Source: Planctomycetota bacterium
Lineage (GTDB): Bacteria > Planctomycetota > SZUA-567 > H5-PLA8
Length of the DNA: 40,295 bases
Assembly: GCA_038227875.1 (NCBI GenBank)
Contig: JBBRPR010000071.1
Location: 1 to 40,295, forward strand
Direction of reading: 5' to 3'
Position numbers and translations under genes: made by a program. How positions within the stretch are numbered: the stretch's first letter is position 1; each line of letters starts with the position of its first letter. The notes beneath the pieces were generated by a model. The model searched no databases, had not been told where the DNA came from, and worked only from the letters and a program-made list of their open reading frames with translations. Below, piece by piece: positions 8,160 through 17,274 of this stretch.

Positions 8160-9803
8160 TCAGTCTTTCCGTTCTGACCCCTGGCCCCTGACCCCTGACC
8201 CCTGCTGTTTAGCTTCCTGGTAGATGGCCTTCATCTTGGCGTTGAACGGATCGTCCCACCAGCCGCGGAAAAGGAGGATGTCGCCGCGCTTCACAGCCTG
8301 GACCAGTTCGGCGTGCTTCTCATCGACAGGACCGTCGGCAACGTAGATGACACTGAACGCGTCTGGGTACACACGAACGGCGTAGTCGGGTGCCGACGAG
8401 AAGCCCAGTCGCAGTTCCTTATAAGGGGCGGTGTAGGCGTAGTGCTGAATGTTCGCGTGCTCGGGGATCAGCAACACATCGGGGTGAGCTTCCGCGAGCT
8501 TCTTGAAAATCAACGGGTCGTGAACGATGCGGCCATTGAGATCGTGGTCGATGTCCGAGTCCACGTAAAACAGCGTGCAGCCCCAGCGCTTCGAGGCGTA
8601 CGTGATCTTCTCGTTCAGGTTCTGAAAGATGTCGCGGACGTCGATCTGCCGGACATCGTTGGCGTACGGGTGGCGCACGGGCAACTGCGGCCGCACGCAG
8701 ACGCCGATGCGCAAGCCGGCGGCTTTGAACTTCGCGAAGAACTGGTCAGCGAGCGGCTCCATCTCGGTCGGCAGCGAGCGCGGGTCGCCGAGGTAACTGG
8801 TGGCGTGCGGAAATTCCTGGCCCTCGGTGTCCCAGACGATCGCGCCTTGCGCGTCGGCGTCCTTCATCACGCGGATGCTGTCGTCTGCGAATTTCAGCAG
8901 CTTCTCCTTGAACGCGTCCATCCCTTCCACAGTGGTGATGTCGAGCTTCTTGTCGAGAAACCAGCCTCGAGGATTGTTGCCCTTCGCGCCGGTCTCCGAG
9001 GAGCTCAAGAAGAGCGCAGCGATCGGGCGGCGGTCGGGCCATTTCAGCGTCGCGGGGAAAGCCGTCCGATAGCGGGCAATCACGTCTGGGGCCAGGTCGC
9101 TCTCGGTCGTGCCAGCCTTTCCGAAGCGCAGAGAGATGTGGTAATGATCGTTGCCGTTGGGATAGATCGGCCGTTGGATGTTCGCGAAGAAATCCGCGAA
9201 GCGCGCGCGGCGTCCGGTGTCGACCACGACCGGATAAACTGTTTTCTCATTGTCCTCGGCCCAGGGAATGCCAAAGTGCAGCCGTCTGAAAAAATCCTCG
9301 TTGCAGAGCACCATATTTCCCGTGCCGTAATCAGCGCGCAGGATTGTCGGGCCGCCAATGTTCGGCTCGATCGGCGGGTAGACGAAGTTCGACGGCTTCT
9401 TCGGAAACTTGACGGAGAAGAGCGTCATCTCCACCGATGAAATGGCCCGCGCCGAGGTATTCGTGATCGTGACCGTGGCGTCGAGCCGGTTGTCTTTGAC
9501 CGTGTAGGCGCAGAGGATCTCGCCCCACGCCCAGGTTTTCTTGATCGTCCGGGCGTCGCGATCGACGGTCTCCTTGCCGAGCGCGAGATCGGATTTCATG
9601 ACCTCGCCACTTTCGGTGGTGAAGTAGACGTTCTCAACACTTAGTTTGCCATTGGCGAGAAGCTGGGTGCCGTCGAAGGTCAAGGCGCTCAAGCCAGCGT
9701 CGTTGAAGTCGATGGCGACGGCAGGCGGATCGGCTTGTGCGAACGCGTTTACGGCGCAGATGCAGAGTGCGCACCCGAGAATCCCATAGCGTGTTGCGTT
9801 CAT
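8160..9803 (-). CDS. Secreted hypothetical protein, possible TIM-barrel glycoside-hydrolase-like fold
   Basis: GAGG RBS before ATG 9803 and a signal peptide (AFA). Motifs IVWDTEG, WGCTLFYVDS and LLIPEH. Confidence 0.75.
   Translation of the reverse strand: MNATRYGILGCALCICAVNAFAQADPPAVAIDFNDAGLSALTFDGTQLLANGKLSVENVYFTTESGEVMKSDLALGKETVDRDARTIKKTWAWGEILCAYTVKDNRLDATVTITNTSARAISSVEMTLFSVKFPKKPSNFVYPPIEPNIGGPTILRADYGTGNMVLCNEDFFRRLHFGIPWAEDNEKTVYPVVVDTGRRARFADFFANIQRPIYPNGNDHYHISLRFGKAGTTESDLAPDVIARYRTAFPATLKWPDRRPIAALFLSSSETGAKGNNPRGWFLDKKLDITTVEGMDAFKEKLLKFADDSIRVMKDADAQGAIVWDTEGQEFPHATSYLGDPRSLPTEMEPLADQFFAKFKAAGLRIGVCVRPQLPVRHPYANDVRQIDVRDIFQNLNEKITYASKRWGCTLFYVDSDIDHDLNGRIVHDPLIFKKLAEAHPDVLLIPEHANIQHYAYTAPYKELRLGFSSAPDYAVRVYPDAFSVIYVADGPVDEKHAELVQAVKRGDILLFRGWWDDPFNAKMKAIYQEAKQQGSGVRGQGSERKD
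8174..8204. repeat. Heptamer tandem repeat (CTGRCCC)x4 inside the 3' end of a CDS
   Basis: ctgaccc ctggccc ctgaccc ctgaccc, translated on the - strand as QGSGVRGQGS. Confidence 0.9.
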
Positions 9804-9822
9804 GTAGTGCCTCGGAGTGGAG

Positions 9823-10497
9823 TCATAGTGCATGGCGCCGCCAGAAATAGAACACGATCGCAATGCCGGCGACGAGCGGCACGAGCAGCCAGAGTGAATC
9901 GTCGTCCTTCTTTGGAGTCGGAGGGCGGGGCCGGTCCTCGTCGTCGTCGCAGTCCGATTGTGGCTTCTGAGCCGGCGGCTGTGCGGGATCAACTTGCGGT
10001 TTCAGGCGCGGGTCGTTGAACATCACCCGGGCATCGGAGAACGGCGGCTTCGCGGCGCGGCCGGTGATTTCCGCATACAACCGCGCGCCGGAATCCCACG
10101 CCGCCCATTCGCCGTCGCTGCTGATCTGGAGCACGTCCTGCGAGAAGTAGTCGCGCGCGATCAGGAGACATGCGGTGACCACGCGGTCGTAGGGCTTCCA
10201 CTGCGTCTTGCAGAAGTTGAAGCCGATCTTCTCCGGAAATGAGAACGGTTCGTGCGCCATCTCGCCGACGCCGTTGAACTCAATGACGTACTTTTCGATC
10301 GTCGGCTGCCCCTTGCCATTGGAGCCGGCAAGATTTCCGCGCTCAGAGGCGACGACCTTCGCCATCTCCGCGATGCATTTCTCGAGAGCGTCCTTGGGGG
10401 GCGGTTCGAGCCACTTCCAATAATGCGTGTACCCCGCATGCGCCGCATGGGGCGCGAGAAGGGCCAGGAGAAGCAGCAGTGATCGGGCGGAGCGCAT
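9823..10497 (-). CDS. Exported, C-terminally anchored 'GYTHYW...FCKT..KPYD...SSDG' family protein
   Basis: Signal peptide ending AHA, then the conserved domain, a Pro/acidic linker, a TM helix and a basic tail. Confidence 0.85.
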   Translation of the reverse strand: MRSARSLLLLLALLAPHAAHAGYTHYWKWLEPPPKDALEKCIAEMAKVVASERGNLAGSNGKGQPTIEKYVIEFNGVGEMAHEPFSFPEKIGFNFCKTQWKPYDRVVTACLLIARDYFSQDVLQISSDGEWAAWDSGARLYAEITGRAAKPPFSDARVMFNDPRLKPQVDPAQPPAQKPQSDCDDDEDRPRPPTPKKDDDSLWLLVPLVAGIAIVFYFWRRHAL

Positions 10498-10553
10498 AGA
10501 ACGCTCAACCGTAGCGCTTTTTTGAAGCCGATGCAATATCGCCTAACGGGCTG

Positions 10554-11039
10554 CTAAGGGAGAACGCAGTTGCCGTTTCGGCGTGCTTCTTCGGCGGTCT
10601 GGACTTTTCCGCGCCAGCCGGTCCAACGGGTGGGGACGGATTCGGGCAGAGTGGGCGGCGCGCTCAGTTCCTTCGCGACTTCGGTTTCGAGGTACGTCAT
10701 GAACGGCGTGCCCGGGAACTTGATGGTGCGGGTGCAGAGGCAGTCGTTGCAGTGCGGGTAGCCTTTGCAGTAGCGCGGATCGCGGGCGTCGCCGATCTCG
10801 ATGGCGTGGAGGAACGGCTCGAAGTACTCGATCTCCATGTCCAGCGCGACGTCGCTGGCTTCGCGGCAGTAACAGGTTTCGACCCAGTGGATGATGCCAT
10901 CACTATCGACGTTGCATTCGCGCAGGTATTCGCCGAGGTCTCCGAACGGAAAACCGCGGCCGAACGAACCGTTGGCCAGCGCGGTTTTGAGCGCACCGGC
11001 CTGGCCGGGTTTCAAGCGAGCGGAAACGAGGTAGCGCAT
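10554..11039 (-). CDS. Cys-rich hypothetical protein
   Basis: 161-aa ORF with host codon usage and motifs WVETCYC and CKGYPHCNDCLC. Confidence 0.8.
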   Translation of the reverse strand: MRYLVSARLKPGQAGALKTALANGSFGRGFPFGDLGEYLRECNVDSDGIIHWVETCYCREASDVALDMEIEYFEPFLHAIEIGDARDPRYCKGYPHCNDCLCTRTIKFPGTPFMTYLETEVAKELSAPPTLPESVPTRWTGWRGKVQTAEEARRNGNCVLP

Positions 11040-11159
11040 AGTCGAAGTTCCTGGCCCGTCTGAAAGTCATTCTAAACCTGCTTAATCCAGATCGCGAGTA
11101 CAAGGTGCTGGCACTTTGAGATCTTGGCGCTATGAAAGCCAAGACCAACCTCCCTGAGG

Positions 11160-12254
11160 ATGCCGATCATGCTGACCAAAGATGGCTGTCGTGCCCGCCA
11201 GCAGCGCCTCGTCAAGATTCTCGAACAGAAAAACCTCGACGGTGCGGTCATCACCAGCCGCAAGCATGTCTACTATTTCACGGGCTACTTGAGCCATTGG
11301 AATCACGCGCCGGCCGCCTACATTTCCCGCGCGGGCAAGGCCACTCTTGTCGGCTGGCTCGGCGATGTGGGCGAGTTCGCGGCCGACGAGGTCGTGAAGT
11401 ATCCGGCGCACCGCTTCAGCACCATGCCCCCCGATCAGGCGCGGCACGCGGCAAGCTCGCTGGAAAAAGTGATCCCGAACGGCAAGAAGCTCGGCGTCGA
11501 TCTGGAAGGTCCAGCGGCGCTGGGCCGGCTGGCGGGGCCCGACGCGGTCGACATCACCACTGAGATTCTCAACCTCCGGCAGCGCAAGGACGCGGATGAA
11601 ATCGAGTGTCTGAAGAAATCGATCGCGTTGACCGAACTGATGTACCGTTACACGAAAGAGACGATCACGCCGGGCCTCAATGAGATGGACTTGTTCACAC
11701 AGCTCCGCACCGTCGCGACGTTGGCCGCGGGGAAGGACCTCGAGTTTTTCGGGAACGACTTCCGCTCGGGCGAGGGCGGGGGCGCGGCGCGGCGGCGCCA
11801 GATGAAAGAAGGGGAGCTCTATGTCCTCGACGCCGGTCCGTGCCTGGACGGTTATCACGCCGACAACTGCCGCACCTTCGCGGTGAATCACAAGCCGACG
11901 GAAATTCAACAGAAGGCGTGCAAGGCAGTCATCGGCTGCCTGGCGCATGTGGAAGCGCTGGTCAAGCCGGGCATTCCCGCCGTCTCGCTCTACCGCGGGG
12001 CCGACGAGTACTTCAAGGCCGCCGGTTATGCTGGCATGGTCCATCACCTTGGCCACGGCATCGGTCTACAGCCTCACGAAGCGCCGCAGTTCAATCCCGA
12101 ATACAATTCCACGATGAACGTCGGCGACGTCTTCACCTTCGAGCCGGGACTGTACGCGCCGGAATTGAACGCCGGCATCCGCCTCGAGCAGGATTATCTA
12201 CTGACGGAAAAGGGTTTGGAACGCCTGACGCATTTCCCGCTCGAACTGGCGTGA
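11160..12254 (+). CDS. Xaa-Pro peptidase (M24B) family protein
   Basis: Creatinase-like N-terminus, LDAG...YHADNCRT, HHLGHGIGLQPHEAP, TFEPGLY and GIRLEQD. Confidence 0.95.
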   Translation: MPIMLTKDGCRARQQRLVKILEQKNLDGAVITSRKHVYYFTGYLSHWNHAPAAYISRAGKATLVGWLGDVGEFAADEVVKYPAHRFSTMPPDQARHAASSLEKVIPNGKKLGVDLEGPAALGRLAGPDAVDITTEILNLRQRKDADEIECLKKSIALTELMYRYTKETITPGLNEMDLFTQLRTVATLAAGKDLEFFGNDFRSGEGGGAARRRQMKEGELYVLDAGPCLDGYHADNCRTFAVNHKPTEIQQKACKAVIGCLAHVEALVKPGIPAVSLYRGADEYFKAAGYAGMVHHLGHGIGLQPHEAPQFNPEYNSTMNVGDVFTFEPGLYAPELNAGIRLEQDYLLTEKGLERLTHFPLELA

Positions 12255-12292
12255 TGGAATGTCGAAAAGGGAATGTCGAAGGGTGACGGGCG

Positions 12293-12808
12293 TCACATGC
12301 TCGACAAGCCATCCTCCGTCCGGTCCTTGCCGACGGGCACCAACTGCCACGGGCGGTGTTCGGTGGACCAGCGCGCTTCCAATTCCTTCAAGCGGGTCTG
12401 AAACGCATCTTCGGGGATCAGCTCCACGTTGCCGCTTTGGAGCAGGACCTGGCGGCCAATTTTACGCTTCTCGGGCGGAACGTTTTCGAAGAGGACCATT
12501 GTGTCGGCGGCGTCGGTGGCTTTGACTTTACTGATGTAGACGTAGCCGACCTGTTCCGGCCATGATGGATTGATCGCCAGGCCCGGTCGGTCGGCGAGCA
12601 GCGCATTCGGGTCGTCGGGATAACCGGCGGACTTGATCAGATCGCCCATCTCTTTGAGATTCTTCGCGCTGTAGCCGCGCCGTTCGATTACGCCACTGCG
12701 GGCGGTGCCGCGGAGCAGCAGAAATCCGCCGATGCCCAGCAGCCCGCTGACCACGATGAAGGGAATCGCGAAGTTGAACGGTTTGGGCTTGGGAGGATCC
12801 GCAGTCAT
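12293..12808 (-). CDS. Hypothetical membrane-anchored protein
   Basis: N-terminal TM helix. Starts 2 nt after the FIST gene stop, so probably co-transcribed. Confidence 0.75.
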   Translation of the reverse strand: MTADPPKPKPFNFAIPFIVVSGLLGIGGFLLLRGTARSGVIERRGYSAKNLKEMGDLIKSAGYPDDPNALLADRPGLAINPSWPEQVGYVYISKVKATDAADTMVLFENVPPEKRKIGRQVLLQSGNVELIPEDAFQTRLKELEARWSTEHRPWQLVPVGKDRTEDGLSSM

Positions 12809-12810
12809 CG

Positions 12811-14034
12811 CTATTTGTTACGGAAGATACCGAAGCAACTCGTGAAGCCGTGGATGTGTGTCGCGCCGGCGACGGGACCGATCTCCCCGTTGCAGAAAAA
12901 CCCGGCCAGCGGCACGTCGCCGACTTGCGCGAGGAACGCTTCGGTGTCGTGGTCTTCGCGGCCGTAGAGATGCTTGCCGCGGCCGAGGCACGAGAAAAGC
13001 AGCGCGCCACGCGCGGGCGGCGGCAGCGACTCGCCGTTGAGCGCGTTCAGGTTTTCCGTCGAATAGCGCCGCAGCATCGCGTCGAGGTCGGCACTAGCGG
13101 CGTTGGCGTCGCGGAGATGGAACTGGACCGTCTGCCCTTCGCGCAGCATCGCGGAGATCGCCAGCACCCCTTTTTCGGCGTCCATGCCCATGAGATTGCG
13201 GATCAGGTAATCGCCGGGTTTCGGCTCGCCTTCCTTAAAGGGGTCCATGACCAGACCCAGCAGCAGGGAAGTCTTGATCAACTGCTTGTCGGAATCATCC
13301 GCGGCTTCGAACAGCTCGCTTAATGCTTCCAGCGCGCGCCGCTTGTCGAGTTCGATCAGGATGTTGCGGTGACACTTGGTGATCTTCATCGGCTTGCCGA
13401 TCGGGCGGCAGCCTTGCGCGACGAGCGTGTCGATGCGGATGTCGCCGCTGAGCGCCAGGCCGACGGCGCCGTCGCGGTAGTGTTGCTGATCGAGATACAG
13501 AATGTTCTGTCCTGGGCCGGTCGCGCCGCTGGCAAGGCCTCCGATTTTCACGGAATTGGGGTATGCAAAGTCGAGTCCCGCCAGCATTTCTTCCACGCCG
13601 ATGGAGAAGGGATCAGCCAGCAGGACAAACTGCGCATTCTCTGCCGCTTTGACGCCGGTGGCCTCTTCCCACGCGCGGGGGCCAGCGTCGAGATCGGGAA
13701 GCTTGTCGTTTTCGAGGCGGATGGGTTTGATCTCGACGTTGGGCAGAATCGCAGCCGTGAGCGAGAGCGCGGCCTTGTGTTCGGCTTCCTTGCCGGCGCC
13801 GATCACGCCGCCGCCGGAGCAGCCGAGGATATGCTTGGGGTTCAATTCCAGCTGCACGCCGGTGCCGATGCGTTCGTAGTGATTTTTGTGCTGCGGCGAG
13901 ACGAACATGAAGACAACGTCAGGCTGCGCACCGCCGAGTTGTTTCTTGAGGTCGGCGATGGCGTCGGCCAGCGCATTCTCGGACAGCGACGTGAGACACA
14001 ACGCCGAAGCGAATTTCATCCCTGTTGAACTCAT
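12811..14034 (-). CDS. FIST N/C domain protein
   Basis: GCSGGGVIG, LLADPF, IGGLAS, QGCRPIG, FSCLGRG and GFFCNGEIGP motifs. Confidence 0.95.
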   Translation of the reverse strand: MSSTGMKFASALCLTSLSENALADAIADLKKQLGGAQPDVVFMFVSPQHKNHYERIGTGVQLELNPKHILGCSGGGVIGAGKEAEHKAALSLTAAILPNVEIKPIRLENDKLPDLDAGPRAWEEATGVKAAENAQFVLLADPFSIGVEEMLAGLDFAYPNSVKIGGLASGATGPGQNILYLDQQHYRDGAVGLALSGDIRIDTLVAQGCRPIGKPMKITKCHRNILIELDKRRALEALSELFEAADDSDKQLIKTSLLLGLVMDPFKEGEPKPGDYLIRNLMGMDAEKGVLAISAMLREGQTVQFHLRDANAASADLDAMLRRYSTENLNALNGESLPPPARGALLFSCLGRGKHLYGREDHDTEAFLAQVGDVPLAGFFCNGEIGPVAGATHIHGFTSCFGIFRNK

Positions 14035-14126
14035 TGCTACTCCGAAAATGGATCAGCACCAACCCCCGATGCAATCCATAATCTCCGCAAGATAACCCAA
14101 TTGCAACCGATATACTTATGGGAGAA

Positions 14127-14206
14127 TGCAGGCGCGACGCCGGCACCACAATTTCAATGCAGGCCAGAGGCCCGCACCACAATTGTAGAGCAGGCTCCCG
14201 CCTGCA
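14127..14206. repeat. Cluster of three REP-like palindromic units
   Basis: tgcaggcgcgacgccggcaccacaa (14127-14151), tgcaggccagaggcccgcaccacaa (14158-14182) and the inverted ttgtagagcaggctcccgcctgca (14183-14206). Confidence 0.75.
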
Positions 14207-14238
14207 AGAGTTCGTGCTCGCGATTGGATAGGTCAATC

Positions 14239-14979
14239 ATGGCGCAACCCATTCCCCGGTTTCTGCCGTTTAGACTTGCCGTGATTCTCGGTCTGGCCGC
14301 GGCGGCGTTGGGGCTGGTCTCGAGTTGGATCACCGGTGCGCTGGGCTCGTGGCTGCCGTTTTCGGGCGCCATTCCGCTCACGTCACTGCCGCATGTGCTC
14401 TGCGGTCTGACCGTGGCGCTGGCGGCGCTGCTGGCACCGCTGGTGACCGATAAAAACGCGCCGCGGCTCTCGCTCACGCAACTGGCGTTTTCGGCGCTGT
14501 TTCAAGGCGCGATGTTCCAATTTTTCCTGATGGTCACGGCGCGTCTCGTGCCGCTGGATCCGGCCGGCATTGCGCTCAGCGCGCTGGCGATGTCGCTTTT
14601 CGCGCTCTGTTGCCTGCTGATATCCGAAGCGCTGCCGCGCGCGTACACGGGGCTGGTGTTCTTCTGGGTCATCGTGCTGCCGATGATCTGTTACCTCACC
14701 GCCGACATTTATCTGACCGGCCCGGGAAGTTCGAAGAGCTGGCAGGGCGGGGAGCAGTCGGGGTTGATCTACGGCCTGACGCACGCGGTACTGATGCTCT
14801 CCCCGGGAACGGCGATCGCGGCGATGCTCGACGGCGCGTTGCCGGATGGCTCGTACGCGCTGCCGGGAATTGCATTTGGTTCGCTGCTGCTGCTGGCGGC
14901 GGCGCTGGTGTTCCTGCGCTTGAAGCTGGCGGCGCGCGAAACGAAGGCGCCCGCGACCGTGTCCTTCGAAGTCGCCTGA
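14239..14979 (+). CDS. Integral membrane hypothetical protein (about six TM segments)
   Basis: Very hydrophobic ORF. ATG 14239 lies downstream of the REP cluster. Confidence 0.8.
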   Translation: MAQPIPRFLPFRLAVILGLAAAALGLVSSWITGALGSWLPFSGAIPLTSLPHVLCGLTVALAALLAPLVTDKNAPRLSLTQLAFSALFQGAMFQFFLMVTARLVPLDPAGIALSALAMSLFALCCLLISEALPRAYTGLVFFWVIVLPMICYLTADIYLTGPGSSKSWQGGEQSGLIYGLTHAVLMLSPGTAIAAMLDGALPDGSYALPGIAFGSLLLLAAALVFLRLKLAARETKAPATVSFEVA

Positions 14980-15029
14980 CCCTGGGACGAATATTTACGC
15001 GGAGGTTCCGCCGGGATCGAGAGTTGTTC

Positions 15030-15308
15030 ATGAAATTGTCCGTCGTCGTCCCCGCCGCTGCCACGGCAATTTACGTCGGGGTGATACTGTTCATTGTCTA
15101 TTCCGAGCGAGCGCAGATGTCGGGCGGGTTCATTACGCTGCGTGGCATGGGCTCATTCCTGTTTACCTTTCCCAGTTCGATGCTGTTTGAATACTTCAGC
15201 CGCTTCGACGTGATGAACAATCTGCAGGTCGGGGTGTCGATGGTCTTGAACGCGGCGTTGATCTACGCGCTGCTGTTCGGGGTGCTTAAGCTTTTTCACG
15301 TGAAGTGA
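15030..15308 (+). CDS. Small membrane protein
   Basis: 92-aa hydrophobic ORF MKLSVVVP...LFHVK, the plausible part of ORF 14610..15308. Confidence 0.7.
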   Translation: MKLSVVVPAAATAIYVGVILFIVYSERAQMSGGFITLRGMGSFLFTFPSSMLFEYFSRFDVMNNLQVGVSMVLNAALIYALLFGVLKLFHVK

Positions 15309-15359
15309 AATCCGCAATTCTAAAATCCCAATTCCGACCGCGTTGAGTATCATCCTTTC

Positions 15360-17195
15360 ATGGCCGCAGAAACCAAGCCCGCTCCCAAACCCCTGAAACT
15401 TGCCAATGCCTGGCGCGATTCCCGAGAACTAATCTGGACGCACCGCTACCGATTGTTGCTGGGACTGGTGCTGTTGTGCGTCGACAAAGCGTCGGGATTC
15501 GTGCTGCCGTACAAAAGCAAATACTTTGTCGACGAAGTCATCGGCAACAGGCGTCCGGAACTGATCTGGCAGCTTGCGGGCGTGATTGTCATCGCGACGC
15601 TGATCCAATCCGCTGCGTCCTTCACGCTCGCCCAGGTGCTCGGCGTCGCCGCGCAGAAGGCGATCACCGACATGCGCAAAAGCATGCAGGAGCATGTGCA
15701 GCGCCTGCCGGTTTCGTACTTCGATTCCACGCAGACTGGCGTGCTGCTTTCCCGCATCATGACCGATGCGGAAGGCATTCGTAATCTCGTCGGCAACGGA
15801 ATTGTGCAGCTCGTCGGCGGTGTGGTGACCGGCATCGCGGCGATGGTGGTTCTGTTTTATCTCAATTGGAAACTGACCACCATTACGCTGGCCATCCTGG
15901 GCTTATTCGGCGCCGTGATGACCTGGGCCTTCAAGACCCTGCGTCCGATTTTTCGCGAGCGCGGCAAGATCAACGCGGAAGTCACCGGCCGGCTGACGCA
16001 GTCGATCGGCGGCGTGCGCGTGGTCAAGGCCTACACGGCTGAAAAGCGCGAAGACCTGGTCTTCGCGCGCGGCGCCCACAGTCTTTTCCGCAACGTCGCG
16101 CGGACGATTACCGGAACCTCCGGGCTGGGCGCGTTTTCGAATCTGATCATCGGTGCCATCGGGGTGGTCGTGGTGATCATCGGCGGGAATGCGCTGCTGG
16201 CCAATGAAATGACCCCGGGCGACGCCGTGCAGTATGTGGTCTTTGTGGCCATGCTCGCCATGCCGGTGATCCAGATTGCGTCGATCGGTTCGCAGATCAC
16301 GGAGGCCTTCGCGGGTCTGGATCGTATCAACGAAATCAAGCGCCTCGCTCGCGAAGACGCCGACACGACCCGCAAAGCGCTGACGACTGTCCGCGGCGAC
16401 ATCGCCTTCGAGAACGTCACGTTCGAATACAACAAGGGCGTGCCGGTGCTGAGGAACGTCAACTTTTCCGCGCCCGCTGGATCGACCACGGCGCTGGTCG
16501 GGTCCAGCGGCTCTGGAAAAAGCACGGTGATCGGTTTGATCATGGCCTTCCATCGTCCGCTCTCCGGCCGCGTGACGATCGACGGCATCGATCTGTCGAC
16601 GGTGCGGCTCCACGACTACCGTTCGCGGCTGGGCGTGGTCCTGCAGGACAATTTTCTCTTCGATGGCTCGATCGCGGAGAACATCGCCTTCGCGCAGCCG
16701 CACGCGCCGCGGGCGGACGTCGAAAACGCCGCGCAGATCGCCCATTGCCGGGAGTTCATCGATACGTTCGAGAAGAAATTCGACACGGTCGTGGGCGAGC
16801 GGGGCATCCGTCTTTCCGGCGGGCAGCGCCAGCGCGTCGCCATCGCCCGCGCGATCCTCGCCGACCCGCGCATCCTGATTCTGGACGAAGCGACCTCGAG
16901 TCTCGACAGCGAAAGCGAGGCGATGATCCAGGACGGCTTACGCACGCTCCGCAAAGGCCGCACGACGTTCGTGATCGCGCACCGCCTCTCGACGATCCGT
17001 AGCGCCGATCAGATCCTGGTGCTCGAGAATGGCGAGATCGTCGAACGCGGCACGCATCACCAATTGATGGAACTCAACGGCCGCTACCGCGACCTTCACG
17101 ACCGGCAGTACAAGTTTGAGCAGGACAGATTCGTCAATCCCGGCGAGGAATTACCGAGCTTGGATGGGAAAACTGAGTTGAAAGCGAAAGTCTGA
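15360..17195 (+). CDS. ABC exporter, fused permease/ATP-binding (MsbA/MdlB-like)
   Basis: TM domain, Walker A GSSGSGKST, signature LSGGQRQR, ILILDEATS and IAHRLST. Confidence 0.97.
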   Translation: MAAETKPAPKPLKLANAWRDSRELIWTHRYRLLLGLVLLCVDKASGFVLPYKSKYFVDEVIGNRRPELIWQLAGVIVIATLIQSAASFTLAQVLGVAAQKAITDMRKSMQEHVQRLPVSYFDSTQTGVLLSRIMTDAEGIRNLVGNGIVQLVGGVVTGIAAMVVLFYLNWKLTTITLAILGLFGAVMTWAFKTLRPIFRERGKINAEVTGRLTQSIGGVRVVKAYTAEKREDLVFARGAHSLFRNVARTITGTSGLGAFSNLIIGAIGVVVVIIGGNALLANEMTPGDAVQYVVFVAMLAMPVIQIASIGSQITEAFAGLDRINEIKRLAREDADTTRKALTTVRGDIAFENVTFEYNKGVPVLRNVNFSAPAGSTTALVGSSGSGKSTVIGLIMAFHRPLSGRVTIDGIDLSTVRLHDYRSRLGVVLQDNFLFDGSIAENIAFAQPHAPRADVENAAQIAHCREFIDTFEKKFDTVVGERGIRLSGGQRQRVAIARAILADPRILILDEATSSLDSESEAMIQDGLRTLRKGRTTFVIAHRLSTIRSADQILVLENGEIVERGTHHQLMELNGRYRDLHDRQYKFEQDRFVNPGEELPSLDGKTELKAKV

Positions 17196-17197
17196 GT

Positions 17198-17274
17198 GGC
17201 AGTTTTGAGTTTTGAGTTGTGTTCGCAACGGTCGTACAGCCAACCCGACAGGAAACTCAAAACTCAAAACTGCC
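17198..17274. repeat. 21-bp perfect inverted repeat built from a heptamer, between convergent genes
   Basis: GGCAGTTTTGAGTTTTGAGTT (17198-17218) and AACTCAAAACTCAAAACTGCC (17254-17274). Confidence 0.9.
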
